Shown here one piece after another: positions 1 to 10,535 of a DNA stretch of 64,000 nt. Numbering within the stretch: the stretch's first letter is position 1; each line of letters opens with the position of its first letter. This DNA is from Paramoeba atlantica (lineage: Eukaryota > Protista > Discosea). The notes under the pieces are model-generated. The model worked only from the letters and a program-made list of their open reading frames with translations. It ran no database searches and had not been told where the DNA came from. The DNA lies in contig CDRNVI010000037.1 of the NCBI GenBank assembly GCA_977017575.1, positions 186,001 through 250,000 of the forward strand. Reading direction: 5' to 3'. Made by a program: the position numbers and the translations under genes.

Positions 1-105
1 AAAATCATCTACAACGACCTCATTTCCCAAATTGTAGAACACTTTTGGTAAAAAAAAGTGCGTCTGCAAAGGTCTGCGATACGACAAACTGGTTGACTAA
101 GGAGA

Positions 106-182
106 GTCCTTTGAGTAGTCCAGTTGGTAAAGGGGTTCCATTTTGACGCTGGATGTCCGCGGTTCGATTCCCGGCATCGACA
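106..182 (+). pseudogene. tRNA-like degenerate sequence (Pol III A/B boxes), possibly tRNA-Val(GAC)-derived
   Basis: A-box-like TAGTCCAGTTGG (116-127), B-box GGTTCGATTCC (161-171), followed by T5. Acceptor, anticodon and T stems pair poorly and there is an internal TTTT, so it is not an intact tRNA. Confidence 0.45.
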
Positions 183-339
183 TTTTTGAACAAAAAAAAT
201 TATATGCTCAAAATCGCGAAAAAAACAAAATCGGAACGATTTTTTTTTTCAGATTTTTTTTTCTTGAAAAAAGTGGCCAGCTGGCCACCAAAAACACGGT
301 TTGCATTTTGTATATATATAGAGAGAAAAATAATGTGCA

Positions 340-2340
340 GGTCCGAGTGGTACAGTGTGTAGCTACAGTGGCCCTTGAGAGAGTGAGAGCAGTGCCACGT
401 GAGGCAGTGATTGCACAGTGATGCAGTGCAGCTGCAGTGGCACGTGCCAGAGTAAGTGCACTGCCATGTGAGGCAGTGACTGCAGTGATGCAGTGTAGCT
501 GCAGTAGCACGTGAGAGAGTAAGTGCACTGCCATGTGAGGCAGTGACTGCAGTGATGCAGTGTAGCTGCAGTGGCACGTGAGAGAGTGAGAGTACTGCCA
601 CGTGAGGCAGTGACTGCAGTGATGCAGCGCAGCTGCAGTGGCACGTGCGAGAGTAAGATTACTGCCAAGTGAGGCAGTGAATGCAGTGTAGATAGGGTGG
701 AATGTGAGAGAGTCAGTGACTGCAGTGTAGCTACAGTGGCACGTGAGAGAGTAAGATTACTGCCACGTGAGGCAGTGACTGCAGTGTAGCTACAGTGGCA
801 TGTGAGAGAGTAAGATTACTGCCACGTGAGGCAGTGACTGCAGTGATGCAATGCAGCTGCAGTAGCACGTGAGAGAGTGAGAGTACTGACACGTGAGGCA
901 GTGACTGCAGTGTAGCTGCAGTAGCACGTGAGAGAGTGAGAGTACTGCCACGTGAGGCAGTGACTGCAGTGTAGCTGCAGTAGCACGTGAGAGAGTGAGA
1001 GTACTGCCACGTGAGGCAGTGACTGCAGTGATGCAATGCAGCTGCAGTAGCACGTGAGAGAGTTAGAGTACTGACACGTGAGGCAGTGACTGCAGTGTAG
1101 CTTCAGTAGCATGTGAGAGAGTGAGAGTACTGCCACGTGAGGCAGTGACTGCAGTGATGCAATGCAGCTGCAGTAGCACGTGAGAGAGTGAGAGTACTGA
1201 CACGTGAGGCAGTGACTGCAGTGTAGCTGCAGTAGCACGTGAGAGAGTGAGAGTACTGCCACGTGAGGCAGTGACTGCAGTGATGCAATGCAGCTTCAGT
1301 AGCATGTGAGAGAGTGAGAGTACTGATACGTGAGGCAGTGACCGCAGTGATGCAATACAGCTGCAGTAGCACGTGAGAGAGTGAGAGTACTGACACGTGA
1401 GGCAGTGACTGCAGTGTAGCTGCAGTAGCACGTGAGAGAGTGAGAGTACTGCCACGTGAGGCAGTGACTGCAGTGATGCAATGCAGCTGCAGTAGCACGT
1501 GAGAGAGTGAGAGTACTGCCACGTGAGGCAGTGACTGCAGTGATGCAATGCAGCTGCAGTAGCACGTGAGAGAGTGAGAGTACTGCCACGTGAGGCAGTG
1601 ACTGCAGTGTAGCTGCAGTAGCACGTGAGAGAGTGAGAGTACTGCCACGTGAGGCAGTGACTGCAGTGATGCAATACAGCTGCAGTAGCACGTGAGAGAG
1701 TGAGAGTACTGACACGTGAGGCAGTGACTGCAGTGTAGCTTCAGTAGCATGTGAGAGAGTGAGAGTACTGCCACGTGAGGCAGTGACTGCAGTGATGCAA
1801 TGCAGCTTCAGTAGCATGTGAGAGAGTGAGAGTACTGACACGTGAGGCAGTGACCGCAGTGATGCAATGCAGCTGCAGTAGCACGTGAGAGAGTGAGAGT
1901 ACTGACACGTGAGGCAGTGACTGCAGTGTAGCTGCAGTAGCACGTGAGAGAGTGAGAGTACTGCCACGTGAGGCAGTGGCTGCAGTGTAGCTGCAGTAGC
2001 ACGTGAGAGAGTGAGAGTACTGCCACGTGAGGCAGTGATCGCAGTGCAGCTGTATTGGCACGTGCGAGAGTAAGAGTAGTGTCACGTGAGGCAGCGACTG
2101 CAGGGTAGATACAGTGGCACGTGCCAGAGTAAGTGTACTGCCACGTGAGGTAGTGATTGCAGTGTAGATACAGTGGCAGAGTGAGAGGCAATGCCACGTG
2201 AGGCAGTGATTGCAGTGATGCAATGCAGCTGCAGTAGCACGTGAGAGAGTGAGAGTACTCCCACGTAAGGTAGTGACTGCATCGGCACTGTACCTACAGT
2301 GGCACGTGGGAGAGTCAGAGCACTGCCACGTGGGGCAGTG
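340..2340. repeat. Tandem satellite of 59-bp and 67-bp unit variants (~30 units)
   Basis: Unit GCAGTGTAGCTGCAGTAGCACGTGAGAGAGTGAGAGTACTGCCACGTGAGGCAGTGACT (59 bp) is interspersed with a 67-bp variant (GCAGTGATGCAATGCAGCTG...). Homogeneous centre, diverged edges. Confidence 0.95.
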
Positions 2341-2400
2341 GCTCACGTTGAGTGAGTCCACTGAGTGAGTCCCACGGGGGTGGGAGAGTGTTGTGGAAGA

Positions 2401-2586
2401 GTGGCCAGCTGGCCATGTTGTGGAAGTGACCATTTTTTAGAAGTGGCCAATTTGTGGAAGGGTGGCCAGCTGGCCATGTTGTGGAAGGGTGGCCAGCTGG
2501 CCATGTTGTGGAAGGGTGGCCAGCTGGCCATGTTGTGGAAGGGTGGCCAGCTGGCCATGTTGTGGAAGGGTGGCCAGCTGGCCACC
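2401..2586. repeat. 27-bp minisatellite with palindromic core TGGCCAGCTGGCCA
   Basis: GTGGCCAGCTGGCCATGTTGTGGAAGG starts at 2462, 2489, 2516, 2543, with a final core at 2570 and a copy at 2401. The 44-bp segment at 2570-2613 is a direct repeat of 273-316. Confidence 0.9.
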
Positions 2587-2613
2587 AAAAACACGGTTTG
2601 CATTTTGTATATA

Positions 2614-3365
2614 CAGGGGTGGGCGCCTTCAGAGTGGGGGGGTGTAAAATTCGTAAAACTTGACCAATTTTGGAAAGTAATAGCGCATTCGAGAGCTCTC
2701 AAGTAGTCTGGTGTAATGGCAACATCCGTTTCCCGTTTTTAGACATTCGAGATAAATGACAGAAAAACAAGGAATTTATTTTTCCCCGAAGATGCAATTT
2801 TTCAGTTTTTTTGGCTTTTTTTAGTTTTTTTGCGCCGTTAATGCCTCAGAAACGTGTACGATCGCGAACATCACGGTTTCCCTTCCAGAGAGATGCTTAT
2901 TCACCACCTGGGAAGGTAAGGCCGTCGCATCGCATGCTTCTCGTAGACCATTACTTTCGTTCTGGGTCCTACAATGCTACAGCATTCTCTCTTCTATCGA
3001 GAGATAGAAGATCTCCTCTCTTCTATCGAGAGTGCATACGAGGCACTTCAAACCGATCTCAAAAGTACTTGCGTGAAGACCATAAAGAGTGTCTCCAAGC
3101 GCTTTCAAATCGTTATTGAGAAAAAAGGGGGAAATTGTGGGTACTGAGATTTTTTTTGGAAAAAAAGGACTTTTTCGCTTAAAAAATAAAGTTGCAATTC
3201 GTGTTTGGGACCATTCTAGCTTTCTTTGATTCCCGTAAACTTTCGCAGAGTGCTTTTTACGATTACACCAGACTATTTGAGAGCTCTCGAATGCGCTATT
3301 ACTTTCCAAAATTGAACAAGTTTTACGAATTTTAGACCCCCCCACTCTGAAGGTGCCCACCCATG
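2614..3365 (+). mobile_element. Non-autonomous Tc1/mariner element (internal-deletion derivative), ~104-bp TIRs, TA flanks
   Basis: TIRs at 2614-2717 and 3263-3365 (CAGGGGTGGGCGCC... / ...GGTGCCCACCCATG), TA on both sides. The interior retains a transposase-like N-terminus (RMLLVDHYFRSGSYNATA) and, in another frame, a C-terminus (SVSKRFQIVIEKKGGNCGY*). Confidence 0.85.
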
Positions 3366-3770
3366 TATGTAGAGAAAAAAAACGAGCAGGGTCATACTAT
3401 TCTGAGAGAGAGCTATTCTCAGAGAGAGGGTGGGACAGGAGAGACACAGAGCGAGGATGTGTAGAAAAAGACGGGCACGTTTTTGTAATTACAGCGCAGG
3501 CATGTCTCCACATCCACAGTGGTAGATACTGCGTCTTTTGGTTCTTGATACACGAGACAACGCCTAGGAGCCAACACCGAAACGGTTTTTTTTCGCATTC
3601 CGTACAGTAAAGCTGCGGACGAGAATCTTGCCCAGACGTACACCCCTGCCCAGCTTCTGTGATAGAAAAGAAAGGTTATGATATTGGATATTGAATACGT
3701 ATCTAGCGTCACTTTTGCGTTATCTAAGCACGATTTACACTTTTAAAAACATAAAAAAAATCCCAAAAAT

Positions 3771-3944
3771 ATGAAAAAGCGTCTCTCTGCTTATAAGGAC
3801 CCCGAGGAAATGATTGAGCTTTGGGGACGGGCCACATTTGTGTGGGACGCACTTCCCAGTGCCCTATGCGCGTCCACAGCGAGCAGCATACCTCGCCGTA
3901 TGAGAGCGGTGATTGCTGCGAGAGGGGGGCGTACAAAGTATTAG
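3771..3944 (+). mobile_element. Tc1-like transposase C-terminal remnant
   Basis: Manual translation MKKRLSAYKDPEEMIELWGRATFVWDALPSALCASTASSIPRRMRAVIAARGGRTKY* matches the Tc1 C-terminal SMPRR..AVI...GG.TKY pattern. Confidence 0.75.
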
Positions 3945-4290
3945 TTTTACCTTGTTTTTACCGTTTATTAATCAAGAAATAATCCATCTTTTTATCAAAA
4001 AATCTTCACTCGAAAAAAGTGTAAAAAATGTCTCAATAATATTTTTCACTCAAAGGTGTTACAGGTCCTCGTACACCCCCGTTCCCCTGTTTTGCCCGGT
4101 ATTATGTGAAAAAAAAAGTTTCTGTTTGGGTCTAAAGAGTGGTTTTTCGGCATAATTAGGTGATGCCCTAGGGAAAAATATGCCTATAGTCAAACAGCAT
4201 GCGATAAACGTGGGAGGAAGGGCAAAAAACTGAGAATTTGCTCATCTGGGGAGTGAAAAAACTTTTCAAAAATTCTCATCTTCCAGTCAA

Positions 4291-4494
4291 ACCCAGATTG
4301 AAAGGGGCGAGGGAGATACGAAGCAACAGGCGTGGCAGATTACCACTGAAAAGAAATGGTTTCTCCCCGCACGAGAAAAGCCTTTGCGCTTGCTAGCTCG
4401 GAGACAAACTTCGTGCAGGGAGATACCATTTCTTTTCAGTGGTAATCTGCCACGCCTGTTGCTTCGTATCTCCCTCGCCCCTTTCAATCTGGGT
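4291..4494. repeat. Long inverted repeat (foldback): 84-bp arms, 36-nt spacer
   Basis: 4291-4374 is the reverse complement of 4411-4494 with 2 mismatches; no TSD seen. Confidence 0.95.
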
Positions 4495-4645
4495 ATTACT
4501 TCGTTCGCTGAACTAGCGAACCTGTGAACACCCCAGCGAACCAAAAAGTAACCCATAACGAGGACTCTGTATGTCTTCTCTTCTCCTCCTATCCCCAACT
4601 CACGTTTCCCATCTCTTTCTCCCCTTCTTTACTTTTTTTCTCTCC

Positions 4646-5245
4646 ATGACCGACCCCGCCACCACCACCTACGACGACGACCCCGCGCTCGGGAAGCCCC
4701 TCCCCGCGCTCTCCACGCTCCACGTCGTCCGTGGCGCCCCCCTCCCCGACCTCACCGCCCACCCCTGCTTCGTGGTCTACTTCTGGGCGAAGTACTACAA
4801 GGGGGGGCTGGGGATCTCCGAGGAGCTCACCCAGCTCCAGCAGCGCCACCCCGCGGTCCCCATCCTGGCCATCGCGGCCGACCCGGAGCTCGCCCAGGTC
4901 GAGAAATTCCTCTCGGTGGAAAAGTTCGACGAGAAGACGGGGAGGCCCGCGCGCCTGCAAGTGGCCGCGGTGTGCTTCGACCCCCACGGGGCGGTGCGCA
5001 AGGCGTTCGCGGCCTCCGTGATGGACGGGGCGGCGGTGAGTGTGCCGCAGGGGTTTGTGGTGCGGGACGGGAAGATTGGGTGGCGCCAGGTGTTCTCGCA
5101 GAGTTTGCCCGTCGGGGGGACGGATTTTGAGGAACAGATGAAAAAGGTGATGGGGGGGATGGGGTTGATCTCGCATGGGGTGAGGCCGAGGGTGGAGGCG
5201 GGGCCGGTGGAGGAGGCGGAGGCGGAGGAGATGTCGTTGTTTTGA
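4646..5245 (+). CDS. Thioredoxin/redoxin-fold protein lacking CxxC
   Basis: LGKPLPAL...FVVYFWAKYYKGG...PILAIAAD...VPQGFVVRDGKIGWRQ follows the TlpA/redoxin pattern, with WAKYY at the WCxxC position. The ATG follows a pyrimidine tract. Confidence 0.65.
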   Translation: MTDPATTTYDDDPALGKPLPALSTLHVVRGAPLPDLTAHPCFVVYFWAKYYKGGLGISEELTQLQQRHPAVPILAIAADPELAQVEKFLSVEKFDEKTGRPARLQVAAVCFDPHGAVRKAFAASVMDGAAVSVPQGFVVRDGKIGWRQVFSQSLPVGGTDFEEQMKKVMGGMGLISHGVRPRVEAGPVEEAEAEEMSLF

Positions 5246-5648
5246 GGAAAGGGGAGGGGGAGTGAGCGGGTGTGGAAGAAAGTGGGCGAAACATACAAGA
5301 AATATTTTTTGAGGCCTGGTGAAAAAGCGACGCCCGGAGAGCCGAATACAGGAAAGCTTAACTTGGAATCGCACATTTTCATCACGGAAGGCATGCCTAC
5401 CCGCTCAAAATTTAATGTATTTGAGAACAAAATAACAACTTACCTTTTACCTTTACGTTACCTTTCCCTTTTGAATATGCAGTATACCCTACATCACTTT
5501 TCAACTTTTACATACATTATATCCTCTTTTCTCTCCTTTTTCCTCTTTCCTTTTCTCTCTTTCCCCTCTTCCCCCTTTCTCTTTCCACCTCCTTTCTTTC
5601 CCTCTTCCCTAAACACCTTTTTTTTTCCTTTTTTCTCACCTCCCTCTC

Positions 5649-6047
5649 ATGGCCGACGAGACCACCACCACCCCAACCCCCCCTCCCGCCTCGGAGGACG
5701 CCACCTCTCTGTTACGCACTGTGCTACGCGGGGCGCACAACGCGAACGGTCTGCTCCGCGGTCTCTCGCAAACCGCCCGAGCCCTGGACAAAGGGGTCTG
5801 TAAGCTCTGCGTGCTCGCGGAAGACTGCGAGGAGGAGGCCGCGAAGAATCTGATCACCGCGCTGGCCCGAGAGCACTCGGTGGATCTGCTCCGGGTCCCG
5901 AGCCGAGCGGACCTCGGGGAGCTCGCGGGTCTGGTGAAGTACGACATGGACCACGCCGTGAAGAAGACCATCGGGACCAGTGCGGTCGCGGTGACGGTGG
6001 TCCCGGAGTGCGTGACGGAGTTCCAAAAACTTTTGGGGAAGAAATAA
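5649..6047 (+). CDS. RPS12: 40S ribosomal protein S12 (eS12)
   Basis: L7Ae-family motifs GLLRGLSQTARALDK..CKLCVLAEDCEE...LITALARE, LGELAGL, VKKTIGTSAVAV. Confidence 0.92.
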   Translation: MADETTTTPTPPPASEDATSLLRTVLRGAHNANGLLRGLSQTARALDKGVCKLCVLAEDCEEEAAKNLITALAREHSVDLLRVPSRADLGELAGLVKYDMDHAVKKTIGTSAVAVTVVPECVTEFQKLLGKK

Positions 6048-6322
6048 AGGATAAAAGGGGAAGGGGAAGGAAGGGGGAAGAAGAAGAAATGTGTAAAAGG
6101 AAAGAGGAGAAGAAAATTTGGGGAAAGATAAAAGGTTTGTGTTCCAATGTTGTGTGGGAAATGCAAGAGGCACTCTATATTGTATTCTTAAAGTAAGTAA
6201 CATAATGTACAATGTGTCAAAGTGTCGTTACGAAATGAGAAGTCGTTGGAATGAACACTCCTACTAAAGTTGTTACTCTATCCATCAAACAAAATCTTTT
6301 TTATTTCCTTCTTATTCCACCA

Positions 6323-7450
6323 ATGGGCCTACTCGAAAAGAAACGTGACATTGAGGAAGAAATCGCTCGCACACAGAAAAATAAAAAGACAGAACACCAC
6401 CTCGGTCGACTCAAGGGCAAACTTGCGCAAATCAAAACACAAATTCTTGAGGCCTCTTCCAAATCCAAGGCCACCGGGGACGGCTTCGATGTGCGGAAAA
6501 GCGGGGACGTGCGGGTCGCCCTTGTCGGGTTTCCCTCCGTCGGCAAAAGCTCGTTTCTGGGAAAATTCACCACCACCCAAAGCGCCACCGCGGCCTACGA
6601 GTTCACCACACTCACCTGCATCCCGGGCATCCTGGAATACAAAGGCACAGAGATTCAAATCCTGGATCTCCCCGGAATTCTCGAGGGCGCCTCCGAGGGC
6701 AAGGGCCGGGGGCGGCAAGTGATTGCCACCGCCCGCACCGCCGATCTCATCCTGCTCATGATGGATGCGGAGAAGGCAGAGGTCCAGCGTCGGCTGCTGA
6801 CGGCCGAGCTCGAGAGCGTCGGGCTTCGTCTCAACTGCGCGCCTCCAAAAATTTCGTTGAAAAAAAAGCCCAGCGGTACGCGAAATTTAATTTCCTACAG
6901 CTGTACCTGTGGGCCGCTGACCCGCGGGCTCTCGGAGAGGCTCGTATGTGAGTTACTCCGGGAGTACAAAATCCACAACGCGGAGGTGGTGATTCGCGAG
7001 GACTGCCCCGTGGAGGGTTTAATTGATGTGCTCGAGGGCAACCGACGGTACGTCCCCGCGCTCCATGTGTACAATAAAATCGACAACGTGTGTATGGAGG
7101 AAATTGACCGCCTGGCACGTCTCCCGCATAGTGTGGTGATGTCGTTGGCGTGGGAGCTGAATTTTGAGGCCGTGCGACGGGGGTTGTGGGAACATCTCGG
7201 GCTGGTGCGGGTGTATACCCGGCGACGAGGGGAGGCGATGCCGGATTTTGAAAAACCGTTTATTTTGGAATCCTCGGAGAGGAAAGAGGCCAGGGTGAGC
7301 CGGGTGTGTGATCGCATCCATAAGGATATGGTGGACAAGTTTAAGTACGCCGTGGTGTGGGGCACGAGTTGTCGTTACCAACCGCAGCGCGTCGGGCTGC
7401 GTCATGCTCTCGAGGATGAGGATGTGATTATGATTGTAAGTGCGGGGTAA
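6323..7450 (+). CDS. DRG2: Developmentally regulated GTP-binding protein 2 (Obg family)
   Basis: N-terminus MGLLEKKRDIEEEIARTQKNKKTEHHLGRLKGKL; G1 GFPSVGKS, YEFTTLT, G3 DLPG, G4 NKID; C-terminal TGS-like PQRVGLRHALEDEDVIMIV. Confidence 0.95.
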   Translation: MGLLEKKRDIEEEIARTQKNKKTEHHLGRLKGKLAQIKTQILEASSKSKATGDGFDVRKSGDVRVALVGFPSVGKSSFLGKFTTTQSATAAYEFTTLTCIPGILEYKGTEIQILDLPGILEGASEGKGRGRQVIATARTADLILLMMDAEKAEVQRRLLTAELESVGLRLNCAPPKISLKKKPSGTRNLISYSCTCGPLTRGLSERLVCELLREYKIHNAEVVIREDCPVEGLIDVLEGNRRYVPALHVYNKIDNVCMEEIDRLARLPHSVVMSLAWELNFEAVRRGLWEHLGLVRVYTRRRGEAMPDFEKPFILESSERKEARVSRVCDRIHKDMVDKFKYAVVWGTSCRYQPQRVGLRHALEDEDVIMIVSAG

Positions 7451-7615
7451 GGGGAGGGGGGGTACGTTTGGGGAAAGACATTGGTGTACCACTTTGGAAG
7501 AAAAGTGTGTGGGGTATCATGTCCAGTGCACCAACATTTTATTCTACCGAGAGCTCGAAGACGACTGTATGACAGCGAAAACAATTAGGCTAGCCGCCAT
7601 ATCCGAGTGTACCTC

Positions 7616-7838
7616 GTTGGGAATATTTGCCAAAACAACTTATCGTCCTTAGCCTTACGAGAAATCAGCTCAAAGGGGAAATACAGCTCTCGGGAATGTC
7701 TTATGCCCTCGAGTTCATAAGTATGGGAGAAAATGAATTTCGACGCAATCGCCGGAAAGTTTCCTTGAAAGGTACAGTATACGTAATACAGGAATCACCG
7801 CCTTGAACGACCCTACTCGCCGAGGATTTTCTTTTTAG
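7616..7838 (+). pseudogene. LRR gene fragment with internal deletion
   Basis: Near-copy of 10162-10275 joined to a copy of ~10455-10535 (TGGGAATATTTGCCAAAACAACTTATCGTCC...GGATTTTCTTTTTAG). Confidence 0.8.
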
Positions 7839-7998
7839 GCTGCTTAAATGTGATTTTTTTATGTAAATTTGCATGTAAATAAGGCGTAGACTTAAGATGA
7901 TATGTTTTTCATGCAGTGTATTTCAACAATATTTCAATGTAGCTCAGTTCTATCTTCAGTCTGTTAGTGTTCTATCTTAAGTTCCCTGTCACTGATAA

Positions 7999-8739
7999 AT
8001 GGATCCGAGTGTAGCTCGACGCCCTTCTAAAGTTCAATACGTGCTTCTACCAGCAGAACTACAACTCACGCGTTTCCTGGGTGAGACGACAGGAATTAAA
8101 CAAATATTCGATTTGAGTGCCCCTGGATGTACGTGGCACGGTGTACGCTGCGATGAAAGTAACAGGATTGTTTTAGTTGATTGGGTTTCGGTAAGAATCG
8201 CGAATCTTCATTGGGAGCACGTCCCCCCTCATCTCTCGGAACTTCACTTAGGTTTCAACGATTTGCGATGTGTTTTACCAACTGGAATTTTGCCGCAGAG
8301 TCTTCAAGTACTGACTTCTTCCCGCAACGAAATGCATGGATCGATAGATCTCAGTGCGCTTCCCTCTGCTTTAAAAACCCTCATGTTGCGGTCCAATGCT
8401 TTTACAGGAGAAATCATGTTGGATTCTTTACCACCCGAAATGACAGAATTAAATCTAAGCAAAAATAGATTATTCGGTTCAATTTTCCTCAATGCGTTAC
8501 CTTCATCTCTGGCCATTTTGGATTTATCTTCAAACAGATTTAGCGGCATGCTTGATCTTTGTGCTCTAAACAACGGAATAAACGCTTTATGGTTGTATGG
8601 AAATCAATTTTCTTGTATACTAGATCTACGCATTCCTCCTGACTCGTTAATGGAGTTCAATGTATGGAATAAAGGGTGTGAATTCCGTCCACCTGTGTCA
8701 GGATGGAAGAACCTTAATGAGTATTGGAGACGTCCCTGA
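7999..8739 (+). CDS. Short LRR protein (22-aa repeats, Trp/Cys N-cap)
   Basis: Cap LPAELQL...CTWHGVRC, then LPxxLxxLxLxxNxFxGxIxLxx repeats. Confidence 0.85.
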   Translation: MDPSVARRPSKVQYVLLPAELQLTRFLGETTGIKQIFDLSAPGCTWHGVRCDESNRIVLVDWVSVRIANLHWEHVPPHLSELHLGFNDLRCVLPTGILPQSLQVLTSSRNEMHGSIDLSALPSALKTLMLRSNAFTGEIMLDSLPPEMTELNLSKNRLFGSIFLNALPSSLAILDLSSNRFSGMLDLCALNNGINALWLYGNQFSCILDLRIPPDSLMEFNVWNKGCEFRPPVSGWKNLNEYWRRP

Positions 8740-8921
8740 TCTTTTAATTATTCAAATTGGGTAATGTACAGCGTACAGTGCTCGTACAAAAGAATTTACG
8801 TAAAAATGCGTGACGTAAAAAATAATTAAATTATTTTAGCCCAAGCTCTTGGTACGACGAATCGAAAGGACCGCTAAATCCTCACTTTTTGGAAAGAATG
8901 GCGTCACATTATACCGAAATC

Positions 8922-9739
8922 GGGGCAACGATAACTTATATTGTACCCAAAAAAATATTTTTTCTATTTTTTAGTGTCTCGATTATAGAGCTTTCAATAT
9001 TTGGTTTTCCTTGGTTTTCCTGACATGTGCACCTGTTTTGACCTTCGCTGAGTCCTCAGGTGGAAGCATGATGGGGATATTCCGCAAGATTTTGTGTCCT
9101 TCTTAAAGAATCACGGAGTAGTGCTGGATGAACTTTGCCCTAATCATAAGACATCAGGTTCACCACATAAAAGAAATAAGTTGCTCCGCGTATGTGGGAG
9201 AAGGAATGGAAACGCAAAGTGTCGAAAGCGATTAAGCAGTTTGGCTCCTTATTTTTCGGCTAAGCAAAAGATGTCAAAGATGAAATTCATGTTCTGGATT
9301 AAGCTATGTCAGAGGATCGAAATGTCTAGTATAGCTTCCCAGTGTATGGTCAGCCGGGTGACTGCTTTTAAATGGAAACGTCAACTTCTAAGATGGGTGT
9401 CGAAGGCCTTTGAAGAGCCCAACAAGACTATACGGTTTTCGAAGTGTGCGGTGGACGAAACCTTTCTGGCAGCAAGGAACGCTTCCGAGCGCTTTTGCTG
9501 TCCCTTAAATCTGTTAAGAAAGAAATTATTTTGACAGAAGGTGGGGAATCTTGTTCTGATTCATCTGAAAGAGAAGAAGCAGAAGGTAACGAAGGTGAAG
9601 AAGATGACACGTAGAAGATAATACAACAATTCATGTCGTAAAGCGGAAGCGAGTGTTCAAGATGAAAGCACTATATTCTGTTAAAAAGTGGTCCAAAAAA
9701 TTATTTTTGAAAGTGGGTACAATATAAGTTGTCTGCACC
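8922..9739 (+). mobile_element. Merlin/IS1595 element, internally deleted (same family as 24396-25837)
   Basis: 8-bp TSD CCGAAATC (8914-8921, 9740-9747). TIR core AACTTATATTGTACCC at both ends. ORF 9094-9534 is homologous to the N-half of the 24534 transposase up to VDETF, then truncated; upstream in-frame TGA. Confidence 0.9.
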
Positions 9740-10100
9740 CCGAAATCGATGAGGTTTCGAAGTTTCGCAGGAAAGGAAGTACTCATACGCTTTATGATCT
9801 ATATTGTCATCCAGAGTACATTCTTGGACCACAATGCCGTTGGAACGTTTCGCTCCTAATGTTAGAGCTCGTGCGAGTGAAAGCTCCGCTGTGATTCCCG
9901 CTTGGAAGTGGCCTTTCTCGGTTAGGAATGGGACGGCTTCGTGGGCGTCAGGGAAATATGGTCAGTGAGAAGATATAGAGTGCCTTAGGCGAAGGGATAC
10001 TGCCCGGGAATTTATTAGGCGGAAGCCTTTCTCTCGAGATGATGGAGCGTTGGCAGGTCCTCGAGGGAGGTCGCCTGACGCTTGGGGGGAGTGAAGTGTC

Positions 10101-10535
10101 ATGGAAATGGATGTATTTCCCATGTGTTCTTATCGGCTTGTAGATAACTTGTTTCAACTTTGTTGGGAATATTTGCCAAAACAACTTATCGTCCTTAGCC
10201 TTCCGAAAAACCAGCTTAAAGGGGAAATACCACTCTCGGAAATGCCTTATGACCTTGAGTTCATAAGTGTGGGAGAAAATGAATTTGGCGGAAGCATTGA
10301 TTTACAGCATCTTCCGCCGACCTTTAAATATCTTTATTTGCATGACAATTTATTTGATTGTCAGATTAAGTTTACCTTATTGCCGAAAAGTCTCGTTAAA
10401 CTCGATTTGCAGAACAACGATAAACTGCGAGGGGAGCTTGATGTTTCGTTACTACCGGAGTCCTTAAGGTACAGTGTGTGTAATACAGGAATCGTCGCTT
10501 TGAATGGCCCTACTGAAAGAGGATTTTCTTTTTAG
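10101..10535 (+). pseudogene. N-terminally truncated LRR gene
   Basis: WEYLPKQLIVLSLPKNQLKG...LPPTFKYLYLHDNLFD repeats, but no N-cap upstream. Confidence 0.65.

Noticed and set aside
340-2340. CRISPR array
   Set aside because: No unique spacers, eukaryotic context, no cas genes.
200-2433. Many Cys/His-rich minus-strand ORFs (SHCLTWQYSHSLTCYCS...) resembling zinc-finger repeats
   Set aside because: They are translations of the satellite; 59- and 67-bp units are not multiples of 3 and cycle through all frames.
38-4060. One large Tc1 element from ~38 to ~4059 enclosing the satellite
   Set aside because: Putative left and right ends match only weakly (AACAC(T/C)TTTG..) and no TSD is supported.
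4589-7492. Long antisense and overlapping ORFs across GC-rich genes (also near 37 kb, 50-51 kb, 55-57 kb)
   Set aside because: Expected stop-codon scarcity in GC-rich coding DNA; no recognisable motifs.
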